NCBI GenBank assembly: GCA_947584415.1
Contig: CANPWN010000005.1
Location: 9,142-73,141 of the forward strand
DNA length: 64,000 nucleotides
Reading direction: 5' to 3'
Source: an uncultured Clostridia bacterium
Lineage (GTDB): Bacteria > Bacillota > Clostridia > Christensenellales > UBA1242
The notes under the pieces were generated by a model. The model worked only from the letters and a program-made list of their open reading frames with translations. It made no database searches and was not told the origin of the DNA. Of this stretch, positions 54,449 to 63,742 are shown piece after piece. The translations under genes and the position numbers were made by a program. Position 1 is the stretch's first letter. Every line of letters begins with the position of its first letter.

Positions 54449-55738
54449 TTAATTTTTCTTAAGTTGCCTTTTGCGTCTGTATGCTCTGGCTTTGCGGAAA
54501 GATGAAATTTGCTGCTCTTTGAACGCGGCACTCTCTTGCTGCAACGCCCTTTCCACCTTTAGCCATCTGTATTTTCTGTTGCCATAGGTCATGTCATAAG
54601 TCACCATGCCGAAACCGAGGATGATATATGCATAATATGTGAAAAACCTCCAAAGCAGCAGAGCCCAAATGAGCGGTCCGTGTGAGAAATAAGGCTCAAA
54701 CATCATGCTGAAGGAAACTTCGTTCATGCCCGTTCCGCCTGGAAGAGGAATAAAACTTGAAGCCAAGTCAACAAGCACGCCCATAACAAGAAAGGTTGTG
54801 TAAAGCGACCCATCAAAGCCGTTGAAAACGCAATAAATGAAAAATGGCAGAGAATAAACAAGCACAGTTTTTGCCGCCATTGTGAAGAACATGATGATAA
54901 AGTCCTTCCAACTTTTCACATATTCGCGCATTATGTTTTGATAGTCTTCCACATAGGCTGTGACACGCTGATATTGTTTTTCATAATTCTTGACAATCTT
55001 CATCTTTTGCAAAAGTTTTAAGGTTTTTGCAACAAGTTTTTTCCCAACGCTTTTGCTAACAGAAAGAAATAGTGTCAAAAACAAGACTGCAAAACTTAAA
55101 ACAAAGCCAATATATGATGAAATGTTAACAAAGGAACTGAAAGAAGAATAGTTGACAAAAGAAATTATAAGCGAAATGGAGGAGATAATAAACCAAGTAA
55201 GTTGCTGGAAAAACAATTTTGCAATTGGGATGGAAAGCGCTTTTGTTGATGGGACATCTCGGTTCATTAAATACGCCACTTGGAAAGGCTGCCCGCCCGT
55301 TGCCAAAGGTGTGATTGCATCATAATATCTGCCGCAAAGGTTGGTTTTAAAGCCAAGAATAAATCTTGAACGCTTGCTTGCCTTCCTAATCAAATATGAA
55401 ATTGAAAAAGTGTCAAACAAAAGTTGTGTGCAAAATATTGCCACGCAAACAAACAAAAAACCTATATTGATATCCAAATCTGTCAGCGGCACAAACTCAC
55501 TTTGAAGAACTTGATACAACAAAATGCCAACCACAACACAAACATTGATAACAAACATGACGATGTTCCAAATTTTCTTTTTGTTGCCGCTGCGTTTTGC
55601 AACTGCTTGCTGAGAAGCATCTATCTTGGCTTTTTCTTCCTGAGTCATTGGCGGAATTTCAATTTCCATTTGAGAAAAATTAGCCCCTTCGGGCTCAATC
55701 TTTTCTTCCAGCTTCTTTTCTTCCGCCTTCTCTTTCAT
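54449..55738 (-). CDS. Flippase-like / lysylphosphatidylglycerol-synthase TM-region family (UPF0104) membrane protein.
   Basis: Polytopic membrane protein with ITPLATGGQPFQVAYL and IPLPGGTGMNEVSF motifs. I chose the ATG start at 55738. Confidence 0.6.
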   Translation of the reverse strand: MKEKAEEKKLEEKIEPEGANFSQMEIEIPPMTQEEKAKIDASQQAVAKRSGNKKKIWNIVMFVINVCVVVGILLYQVLQSEFVPLTDLDINIGFLFVCVAIFCTQLLFDTFSISYLIRKASKRSRFILGFKTNLCGRYYDAITPLATGGQPFQVAYLMNRDVPSTKALSIPIAKLFFQQLTWFIISSISLIISFVNYSSFSSFVNISSYIGFVLSFAVLFLTLFLSVSKSVGKKLVAKTLKLLQKMKIVKNYEKQYQRVTAYVEDYQNIMREYVKSWKDFIIMFFTMAAKTVLVYSLPFFIYCVFNGFDGSLYTTFLVMGVLVDLASSFIPLPGGTGMNEVSFSMMFEPYFSHGPLIWALLLWRFFTYYAYIILGFGMVTYDMTYGNRKYRWLKVERALQQESAAFKEQQISSFRKARAYRRKRQLKKN

Positions 55739-55753
55739 GATAATTAAGTTTAT

Positions 55754-55790
55754 CAAAAAAAACAGGCTCTTGTCAAATCAAAGAGCCTTT
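55754..55790 (-). terminator. Terminator after the prsA-like gene.
   Basis: GGCTCTT-gtcaaatca-AAGAGCC flanked by A8/T7 runs. Confidence 0.5.
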
Positions 55791-55797
55791 TGTTTTT

Positions 55798-57609
55798 TTA
55801 TTTTAACTTAGAAACTAAATCAGCATACTCATCTGGGCAATAATGAATATCCACTTCGTTTGTGAGGAAAGTCAAATTCATTGTTTGGAACACTGCAAAT
55901 CCATCAGAATTGAGTTGTTCAAAAAGTTTGTCAAACATTGTTTTGCTTTCGCCCGCCTTAAGTCTTGCCTCATTTGAACTAAGTCTGGTCAAAACACTTG
56001 GAGAGAATTGTGCTGTTGGCTCAGTGATTTGCACCAAATTGTTAACTCGTCCCATATAAATCACAATATGAACACCAAATTTTGTTTTTACCATTGCAGA
56101 TTTCACATCTTTGTCATTTGGCATATAAAAGTCACCAATCTTGCCATTGTTTGAGTTATATAAACTTATGGCTGCGTCAGTGAATTCTTGCACCATCTGT
56201 GACTTAGCCTCGCCATTTTTGTCCACGCCAATGACATAATTTCTTTCTGCGCTGAACATTGCATCATCTTGATTATATTTGTAAAAGAATTCATCTGTGA
56301 ACTTTTCTGCTTTCTTGTATTCATCATCTCCGCAAGTGGAAAGTGCCAATTTAAGTTCGTTAACAACTTGTGCAACAGATTTTGTTTTGCCATTGTCAAC
56401 CCACTCAATTGAGCCGTCCTCTTTGACAACCTTGTCGCGCTCGGTGAAAACAACTGAATCATACAAAGCATTTAACAAAACTTGTGCCTTTGCTTCGTCC
56501 AAAGAAGAATCTTCCTGTGTGGTTTCATCTGAGTCATAGTCTTTGCCGTCTATGATGCCCTTGTAAAGTTTATATTTTTCCTCTTGCCCTGTAGTGAACT
56601 TAGCAAGCAAATGTGAAACATAGAAAAATTGTGTGCCATTTTCATCAAAATAATTTATGTTTTCAACGCCGCCCAAAACATCATCATCATAACTTGATGC
56701 TTTTTCAACAATATATTTGTTATAGTCATTTGCAACATCATTTTGATATTTCTTTAACATGTTTTCAATTGTAACAGGTGAGTCCTCTTTTTGATGTATA
56801 ACCTGATATTGCCTTAACATATAGTTTTCATAAAGAGCATCATAAATTCTTCTTAACTCTCTTTTGAAAATGGAATCACTTGTTGTGGAAAGGTTCATGC
56901 CTTTTTCAAAATTTTTGATGTCACTGAGATATTTTGAATATGCCTTGGAATATTGTGGGTTGTCTGAAATATAATTTGTGCAAAGAGTGTATAAAATGTC
57001 CATATCCTCTTGCTTTGTGACATCCCTGCCCTTTGTTAAGTCTGAAAAATAGATGTGACTTTCAACTTCATCATTGATTGTGTTTTTCAAAACAATTTCA
57101 CCGTTGATGTATTCCGCTTGTGGAACAAAAGGCACTTGAGTGACAACTTCGTCATCTGACTGCTCATCTGTGTCTTTGATGCCGTTCATGTCGTTATAGT
57201 AATCAACAACATTGTCAACAAAAGTTTGATAGGTCATTTCAAAAAGATATGTTTTTTGTTTTAAGTTTAAAATTTCGCCATACTCTTCTTTTAAGTCTTT
57301 TTCAACATCCTTTGTAATCAATTTGCGGTATACCAAGAGTTGAGCTGTTTGATTGTAAGCCGCTTGTGCATCACCTGTTTGTTGATAATACTGTCCTCCA
57401 GTTGTGCCAAAAGCAGAGATAAGGTCTCTTTTTGTGATTTTGACAGTTTCGCCCGTGTCATTGTAAGTGAAATAGGCAACTGTTGCATTATAATATTTTG
57501 CCATATCTTCGCCAATAAGATTGCAACCAGCAAAAAGAGATATGCAAAGCATAAAGCAAATAAGCACAGCAATAACTATTTTTGTAATTTTAGATTTTGT
57601 GGTAACCAT
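55798..57609 (-). CDS. Large PrsA/SurA-like lipoprotein with a C-terminal parvulin-type PPIase domain.
   Basis: Lipobox LFAGC. QMVQEFTDAAISL...KTKFGVHIVIYMG resembles the parvulin pattern (..eF..Aaf.L....T.fGyHii). Confidence 0.6.
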   Translation of the reverse strand: MVTTKSKITKIVIAVLICFMLCISLFAGCNLIGEDMAKYYNATVAYFTYNDTGETVKITKRDLISAFGTTGGQYYQQTGDAQAAYNQTAQLLVYRKLITKDVEKDLKEEYGEILNLKQKTYLFEMTYQTFVDNVVDYYNDMNGIKDTDEQSDDEVVTQVPFVPQAEYINGEIVLKNTINDEVESHIYFSDLTKGRDVTKQEDMDILYTLCTNYISDNPQYSKAYSKYLSDIKNFEKGMNLSTTSDSIFKRELRRIYDALYENYMLRQYQVIHQKEDSPVTIENMLKKYQNDVANDYNKYIVEKASSYDDDVLGGVENINYFDENGTQFFYVSHLLAKFTTGQEEKYKLYKGIIDGKDYDSDETTQEDSSLDEAKAQVLLNALYDSVVFTERDKVVKEDGSIEWVDNGKTKSVAQVVNELKLALSTCGDDEYKKAEKFTDEFFYKYNQDDAMFSAERNYVIGVDKNGEAKSQMVQEFTDAAISLYNSNNGKIGDFYMPNDKDVKSAMVKTKFGVHIVIYMGRVNNLVQITEPTAQFSPSVLTRLSSNEARLKAGESKTMFDKLFEQLNSDGFAVFQTMNLTFLTNEVDIHYCPDEYADLVSKLK

Positions 57610-57671
57610 AGCGCCCTTTTAAAATAAGTCTTATTTAGTATATAATAAATATTTGTCTTTTTCAAGCAAAT

Positions 57672-60600
57672 TTAAGCATGTTTTTCAATTTTTTCGTTTT
57701 TTGCGTCCTCAAAAAAGCATATAAGTCTGTCCAGCATTTTCCCCCAAGACACCTCTTTACTCATCCTGATTGTGGGCAAACTATCAAATTTTAAACTTGC
57801 GTTATATCTGTTTAGCACCCCAATAAGCCTTGCATCTGCCACATCTTGGGACTTGTAAAGTTCAATTTTAACATCTCCGTCAAACCTTATGCTCTTAACA
57901 TCAAACTCCTCCGCCAAATTTTTGATTAAGGCAATCTTAAGCAAGTTGACAACGCTTTGTGGCGGCTGTCCAAAGCCCTCAAGAAATGACTGCAACATGC
58001 TTTGCATTTCATCACTTGTAAGGCATCCGCTGATTTTGACATAATATCCAATTCTGTCATCATCACTTGAAATGTAATCTTCTGGGATAAACGCATCAAC
58101 TGGCAAGTCTATTTTGATAGGTTTATGCTCTTTTGTTTTTTGTCCTTTGAGTTCATCAATGGTTTCATTGAGCAGGCGGACATACATGTCATAGCCCACC
58201 TTTTCAATATGCCCATGCTGCTCTCTGCCAAAAACATTGCCTGCCCCCCTGATTTCGAGGTCGCGCATTGAAATTTTAAATCCACTTCCAAGGTCGCGAA
58301 ATTGCTGTATGGCCTCCAAGCGCTTGTATGCCTCATCCGTCAGTGATTTTCCAGTTTTATAAAATAGATAGGCATAACTAAGTTTGTCGCTTCTGCCAAT
58401 TCTTCCCCTGAGTTGATAAAGTTGGCTTAAGCCTAGTAGGTCCGCATCAAAAATTATCATTGAGTTTGCAGATGGAAGGTCAATGCCGTTTTCAATGAGC
58501 GTTGTGGACAAAAACACATTATATTCACCCTTAAAGAGCCTGTCTATCACCCTTTCAAGTTCTTTTTCACTCATTTGACCATGTGCCACACCAATGTTAG
58601 CCTCTGGCACGAGGGCGTGGATGTGTGCTGCAACATTCATAATGGTTTGAACACGGTTGTAAATTATGAAAGTTTGGCCATTTCGGGCAATTTCTCGCCT
58701 GATGACAGAGGATATAATTTCGTCATCCTCATTTGTGACATAGGTTTGGATTGGCAGCCTGTCCCTAGGCGGCGTGGCAATGACAGAGATATCCCTTATC
58801 CCCGAAAGCGACATGTGAAGTGTTCTTGGGATTGGCGTGGCAGAAAGCGCAAGCACATCCAAATTTTGCTTTAATGCTTTGATTTTTTCCTTATCCGCAA
58901 CTCCAAAACGCTGCTCTTCGTCAACTATCAAAAGCCCCAAATCTTTGAATTCAACACCCTTGGCAAGCAATTTGTGTGTACCAATAATAAAGTCTATTTC
59001 TCCATTTTTTAATTTTTGGCAAATTTCTTTTGTTTCACTTGGCTTTTTAAACCTGTTTAAAACTGCAATTCTAACTCCAAAATTTCTCATCCTCTTGACT
59101 GCTGCAAGATAATGCTGTTCGCTCAAAATTGTTGTTGGGCAAAGCAATGCCACCTGTTTGGAGTTGATTATTGCCCTAAAAGCCGCCCTGTATCCTACCT
59201 CTGTTTTGCCAAAGCCGACATCACCGCATAACAGTCTGTCCATAACCTTGCCTTCTTCCATGTCAGAAAGCACTTCCTTAATTGCAACCGCTTGGTCAAT
59301 TGTTTCTTCAAACTCAAAACTTGATGCAAAGGCGTTCTCCAAAAATTCTTCACTTGCAAACTTAATTCCTTTTGCTTGCTCGCGCTGTTTGTATTGCTGC
59401 ATGAGTTTTAAGGCAAATTCTTCAAGATTTTTTTTGACTTTTGATTTTAATATTTCAAATTCATGACCGCCGAGTTTGTTCATTTTTGGCTCTTCTTGGC
59501 CAACATACGCCGACAAAGAGCCAGCCTGTTCACTTGGAAGATAAAGCATGCCGCCACCACTGTATTCAATGACGAAGTAGTCCTTTTCAAAATCGGCAAG
59601 CTTCATCCTTTCAACGCCAACGCACTTGCCAATGCCATGAAATTCATGCACAACATATTCGCCAATTTTTGGCTGATAAAAGGCGTCCTTTTTGCTTTTT
59701 CCAGAAATATTTGCTTTTTGATGTGTGAGATTGTCCGAGCCAATGGCATATATGCCAAACGAAGGAAATGAAAACGAGTTTGGATAATAAATTTGACTTA
59801 AATATATCCCATTTTCATAAAAAGGACTGTTATCATAGTCAGAAAACGCAATTTGCGCACCAAGCAGAAAATCTTTAATGCGTTTCTTTGACCTTTCGTC
59901 ACCGCAAAACAAAATCATCTTTTTACTTTGCGCATCAAAAACCTTTAAATCCTCTTTAAGTTCGGCAAAATTTTGAACATAGTTTATCTCAGCGCCTGAG
60001 CCAATATTTTCGCCACCAGAAAGTGCAAAAGCCATGTCAAATTTAAGTTCTTGAAAAGTGGCATAATCTTCAAACGAAAAACCGCTCATTGGCTCATAAC
60101 TTTTCAAAATCAGCCCCATTTGGCTTTCAACCCTTTCAATTTGGTCACAGATGACAAGTTCGGCTATGTCACTCACAACATTTTTGCCAACCGGCAAACT
60201 GATTGGATAAATGGTCGCCTTTTCAAGTTTTCCAACGCTTTTCATGTCGGATAGACTGAAATAAGTTATGTTTTCAATCTGGTCATCAAAAAAATCAAGT
60301 CTTATTGGAAGTTCACTTCCTGAAAGAAAAATGTCAAAAATGTCGCCCCTGAGCGCAAACTCGCCTTCCATGGACACAAGCGAGGTTCTTTTGTAGCCAT
60401 ATTCTGTCAATTTTTCTGCGAGTTTTTGAGGACTTACGACTGTTTTCTTATCAATCAACAACGGCTTAAAAAATAAGGACAAATCAAACTTTGTCACCAT
60501 TGAATTTGGCAAAAAAATCAGATTGTCAAGCGCTCCGCTGACAAAACCACTGATTGCACTTGCAAAGGGCTTTAGGTTTTGGTCATTTTTTATTCCAACT

Positions 60601-60815
60601 TCACGGCCAGCGGAGATGATTTCACATTTTCTGCCAAGCGCAGTGAGATTTTTTTTCATTTTAATGGCTTCAACAAAGTCAGAGGACAAAATTATGCCGC
60701 GACCCAAAGCCCCAACAATAAGTGCTTTTTCGCCCTCTTTGACACCACTGACAATTTTCTCTTGACAAATTTTGCTTTGACGCAACAAGTTTAATATTCT
60801 TTTCACGCCAGCCAC
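57672..60815 (-). CDS. mfd: Transcription-repair coupling factor.
   Basis: 1047 aa with GDVGFGKTEV, DEEQRFG and the TRG motif region. A GTG start overlaps the pth stop; an alternative GTG at 60806 gives a GTGA overlap. Confidence 0.95.
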   Translation of the reverse strand: MAGVKRILNLLRQSKICQEKIVSGVKEGEKALIVGALGRGIILSSDFVEAIKMKKNLTALGRKCEIISAGREVGIKNDQNLKPFASAISGFVSGALDNLIFLPNSMVTKFDLSLFFKPLLIDKKTVVSPQKLAEKLTEYGYKRTSLVSMEGEFALRGDIFDIFLSGSELPIRLDFFDDQIENITYFSLSDMKSVGKLEKATIYPISLPVGKNVVSDIAELVICDQIERVESQMGLILKSYEPMSGFSFEDYATFQELKFDMAFALSGGENIGSGAEINYVQNFAELKEDLKVFDAQSKKMILFCGDERSKKRIKDFLLGAQIAFSDYDNSPFYENGIYLSQIYYPNSFSFPSFGIYAIGSDNLTHQKANISGKSKKDAFYQPKIGEYVVHEFHGIGKCVGVERMKLADFEKDYFVIEYSGGGMLYLPSEQAGSLSAYVGQEEPKMNKLGGHEFEILKSKVKKNLEEFALKLMQQYKQREQAKGIKFASEEFLENAFASSFEFEETIDQAVAIKEVLSDMEEGKVMDRLLCGDVGFGKTEVGYRAAFRAIINSKQVALLCPTTILSEQHYLAAVKRMRNFGVRIAVLNRFKKPSETKEICQKLKNGEIDFIIGTHKLLAKGVEFKDLGLLIVDEEQRFGVADKEKIKALKQNLDVLALSATPIPRTLHMSLSGIRDISVIATPPRDRLPIQTYVTNEDDEIISSVIRREIARNGQTFIIYNRVQTIMNVAAHIHALVPEANIGVAHGQMSEKELERVIDRLFKGEYNVFLSTTLIENGIDLPSANSMIIFDADLLGLSQLYQLRGRIGRSDKLSYAYLFYKTGKSLTDEAYKRLEAIQQFRDLGSGFKISMRDLEIRGAGNVFGREQHGHIEKVGYDMYVRLLNETIDELKGQKTKEHKPIKIDLPVDAFIPEDYISSDDDRIGYYVKISGCLTSDEMQSMLQSFLEGFGQPPQSVVNLLKIALIKNLAEEFDVKSIRFDGDVKIELYKSQDVADARLIGVLNRYNASLKFDSLPTIRMSKEVSWGKMLDRLICFFEDAKNEKIEKHA

Positions 60816-61306
60816 TCTTTTATTTTATTGACGCCTTTTTCAATGAGTATTTTGCGCAAATTTGGGTCAAGTTTGTGTTCAACCACAAAATCACGCAAAT
60901 CACCTTTTGGCTTTCCAATGCCAAGTTTTATCCTTTCGAAGTCCTCACCAACAAGTGAAACAATATTTCTTAAACCATTATGCGTTCCGCCGCTGCCATT
61001 TTGACGATATCTGACCGAGCCTTCTTCAATGTCTATGTCATCAACGACCACCAGTATTTTTGCATCTTTAAACTTTTTTTTGGCAAGTAAGACCGCCTCT
61101 CCAGACAAATTCATGAAGGTTTGCGGCTTTAAAATTAGCACACTTTCACCACAAGCCTTGCCTGTGCCATAGACGGATTTAAAGCCCTTTTTTGAAAATT
61201 GAATTTCCATTTCCTTTGCAAAAGCGTCCACAACATCAAAACCAATATTGTGCCCCGTGCCTTCATATTGTTTTCCTGGGTTGCCAAGCCCAACAATTAT
61301 CCTCAT
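60803..61306 (-). CDS. pth: Peptidyl-tRNA hydrolase.
   Basis: MRIIVGLGNPGKQYEGTGHNIGF. It has an ATGA overlap with the upstream gene. Confidence 0.9.
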   Translation of the reverse strand: MRIIVGLGNPGKQYEGTGHNIGFDVVDAFAKEMEIQFSKKGFKSVYGTGKACGESVLILKPQTFMNLSGEAVLLAKKKFKDAKILVVVDDIDIEEGSVRYRQNGSGGTHNGLRNIVSLVGEDFERIKLGIGKPKGDLRDFVVEHKLDPNLRKILIEKGVNKIKEWLA

Positions 61307-62046
61307 ATCTCTTCCCCGTTAACTATTCTTTTGCCTTGCAAGATTGCGCCACTTTTTATAACAGAATTTTCAATGTAATTTCCGCTTTTAATCAAAACAT
61401 TTTCCTCAATCACACTGCTGCCGGTGATTATATTCATAGGCTCTATCACAACTCCGCTTTCAATTTGCACATCAGCATCAATAAAAATTGTTTTCTCGCC
61501 TTTCAAAATAACGCCGTTTTGCTTGTGAAAATCGCGTATGCGCTGCCATATTATTTCCGCTGCCTCACCAATCTGCTCAGCCGTTTCCACCTGCTGGAAC
61601 TGTTCGGGAGCAATGCTTCTTCGTGCCGGCGAAAATATCTCCTTTGCGCTGTTTAAATAATCCACCTTAAAGACATAGCCCCTGAGAAGTGAGAGCGCGT
61701 TCATGCCAAGTGAAGAAAATTCATCCAAAACTTTCAAAACAGTGTCTTGTTTTAAAAGGGGTGTGTCGCTGTAAAGCACAAGAGCAATCTTTTTGCCCTC
61801 CGCCGCTTGGCAGACAGAAGAAGCAAAATCTTCATCTCTTGGAAGAGGCATGACAATGGTTGGAATCCTCACGCAAGCAAGTTTGACCCACTGTGTCATT
61901 GTCTTTCCGCACAAATCAACATCATGGCCTTTTGTTTCAAAAATGATTGCCACAACTTCGTCCTCCACCCAATCAAAATTTTTGGGTGATAAAATTGGCT
62001 TTTCTGTTATTTTAATAGGTTCATCAAGCATCAAATCATTTATCAT
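61303..62046 (-). CDS. Short GlmU-related protein with a degenerate nucleotidyltransferase-like N-domain and only a few left-handed beta-helix turns.
   Basis: It occupies the position upstream of pth, where glmU/prs sit in Firmicutes. It has LCGKTMTQW and a C-terminal hexapeptide-like segment (IFIDADVQIESGVVIEPMNIITGSSVIEENVLIKSGNYIENSVIKSGAIL). It is 247 aa, whereas I recall GlmU being about 450 aa. Confidence 0.4.
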   Translation of the reverse strand: MINDLMLDEPIKITEKPILSPKNFDWVEDEVVAIIFETKGHDVDLCGKTMTQWVKLACVRIPTIVMPLPRDEDFASSVCQAAEGKKIALVLYSDTPLLKQDTVLKVLDEFSSLGMNALSLLRGYVFKVDYLNSAKEIFSPARRSIAPEQFQQVETAEQIGEAAEIIWQRIRDFHKQNGVILKGEKTIFIDADVQIESGVVIEPMNIITGSSVIEENVLIKSGNYIENSVIKSGAILQGKRIVNGEEI

Positions 62047-62156
62047 ACTGCCCACCTTTTACTGATAATTATTTTAATTTAAAAAATTTTTATTGTCAAA
62101 CCATTTATTATTTTTTAAAAAAATGTTAAAAACCTTTTTGTTTTGCTTTAAACTTG

Positions 62157-62165
62157 TGCTATAAT
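62157..62165 (+). promoter_or_regulatory. Extended -10 element, TGcTATAAT.
   Basis: TATAAT is at 62160-62165 and is followed by RBS AGAGAGG and the ATG at 62188. Confidence 0.4.
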
Positions 62166-62187
62166 TTGCAGTATAAGAGAGGTTAAT

Positions 62188-63318
62188 ATGAAGAATATTA
62201 AATCAAAATTGCTTCTTTCCATCATGGGTATCATAAGCATCTGTGCTGTGCTTGTGTTCTGCCTTTGCTCTGGCAGTGTTATGTCAGTGAGCGCCGCAGT
62301 AATGGACAAAAATGTAAGTCACTCATCCAACATTTCTTTTGAAGTTCACAATTATGAAGGTGAACTTGAAAACACCCCTACCAATGAAACCGCTGTCAAC
62401 CTTAAACTTAGGACAGGCAACACAAAAGAAAATTACGAAAGAAAAAGTTTTAATTGGCGCGACACACAAACCATTGATTTCACCATGGACACTTCAAAAT
62501 TGTCGACTGAAGGAAGAGAATCCTATCCTATTTTATTTGAACTGACTTGGGCCCCAACACTTATAAAGGAAAATCAAGCCAACTTTGATGTTGCTTATGC
62601 TGAAACAAAAACGCTCATTGCAAACACAGAATACAAAAATTTGGAAGACATCCCAACAAAATTCAAATTGTATTTTGATGAAACAACCCCACAAGGTGAA
62701 AATGTTTTCGGCGTGCCAAGTTTGTTTAAAGAAACTTATGCCAATGTTGGCGGCTGCTGGGGAATATACCTTTTCACCTTCACTTTAGGCGGAACTGACA
62801 TAACCGAGTCATCAAGCGTTATTGAAATCCTCCCAACTGATGTCAACACTTTGCCTAAAGCTGAAATAAATGTTGAAAAACAAACTGGCTCAACACAGGG
62901 TCTTAGAAATTACTACACTTTCTCCATCAATGATGAAAGATACAATTTCGTTGACAGCGCGCAAATTAAATGGTTCGTGACCGGCAAATCCAATGATGGC
63001 AGAACTTTTGTGCTTGAAGAAGGTGACGGCGAAGAAGGAGCAAACTTCATTTACGCAAAAGGCAGCATATTAAGAAATGGCAGAACATTTACCTTTGACC
63101 CTCCTTATGAAGGCACTTGGACAGTTAGTTACAAAATTTATCAGCCTGACAGAGCAACAGAAATTGACACTCTTGGAAGTGAAGCCGAGCCTGTTTCAAC
63201 AGTTAAAGGGCTGTCAACACAAAGCATAATTTGGATTGTTGTTGGCGCGGCGGCTGCGGCTGGAATTATTGTTGCCATTGTCATCATTGTTTCAATAAAA
63301 CGCGAAAAAGTTTATTAA
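62188..63318 (+). CDS. Type I membrane / surface protein of unknown function.
   Basis: N-terminal signal peptide (...SVMSVSAAV) and a C-terminal TM anchor IIWIVVGAAAAAGIIVAIVIIVSIKREK. Confidence 0.55.
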   Translation: MKNIKSKLLLSIMGIISICAVLVFCLCSGSVMSVSAAVMDKNVSHSSNISFEVHNYEGELENTPTNETAVNLKLRTGNTKENYERKSFNWRDTQTIDFTMDTSKLSTEGRESYPILFELTWAPTLIKENQANFDVAYAETKTLIANTEYKNLEDIPTKFKLYFDETTPQGENVFGVPSLFKETYANVGGCWGIYLFTFTLGGTDITESSSVIEILPTDVNTLPKAEINVEKQTGSTQGLRNYYTFSINDERYNFVDSAQIKWFVTGKSNDGRTFVLEEGDGEEGANFIYAKGSILRNGRTFTFDPPYEGTWTVSYKIYQPDRATEIDTLGSEAEPVSTVKGLSTQSIIWIVVGAAAAAGIIVAIVIIVSIKREKVY

Positions 63319-63351
63319 GAAAAAGGCACATCAAGTTGATGTGCTTTTTTT
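63319..63351. terminator. Bidirectional terminator.
   Basis: GCACATCA-agt-TGATGTGC followed by T7 and preceded by an A-run. Confidence 0.65.
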
Positions 63352-63742
63352 AAAACACATTGTGCAAACTTGCACCCATAAAATGCAAATAACTTTGGCT
63401 GTAAGATTTTATTGACTCTATGCTGGCGCGAAACTCGGTCAGTTCGTTTTCTAATTGATAGGCCTTTATTTTTGATATCTCCGTTCCTATCTCCTGAATA
63501 TTTTTATGATTTACCAAAAAACACATCCCGCTTTCATTGTTTGCCCAGTGATATTCCAAATCATCCACCGCAAGACTTATTTCCTCCGTCAAAAGACTTT
63601 CGCCCTGGACAAGGCTTTCAAGATAAAGGCAGTCGTTCATTGATTGTTTGAGTGAAGCCGTCACAACATAATCTTCGCCAATACTTATGCCTATCAAGAA
63701 CAAAAACATCAGCCCAACCATTATCTCCGAAAATATTTTCAT
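63350..63742 (-). CDS. DUF4363-like small membrane-anchored protein.
   Basis: 130 aa with an N-terminal TM helix. It shows ATGA coupling to an upstream DUF421-like gene, which is the usual DUF421-DUF4363 pairing. Confidence 0.45.
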   Translation of the reverse strand: MKIFSEIMVGLMFLFLIGISIGEDYVVTASLKQSMNDCLYLESLVQGESLLTEEISLAVDDLEYHWANNESGMCFLVNHKNIQEIGTEISKIKAYQLENELTEFRASIESIKSYSQSYLHFMGASLHNVF

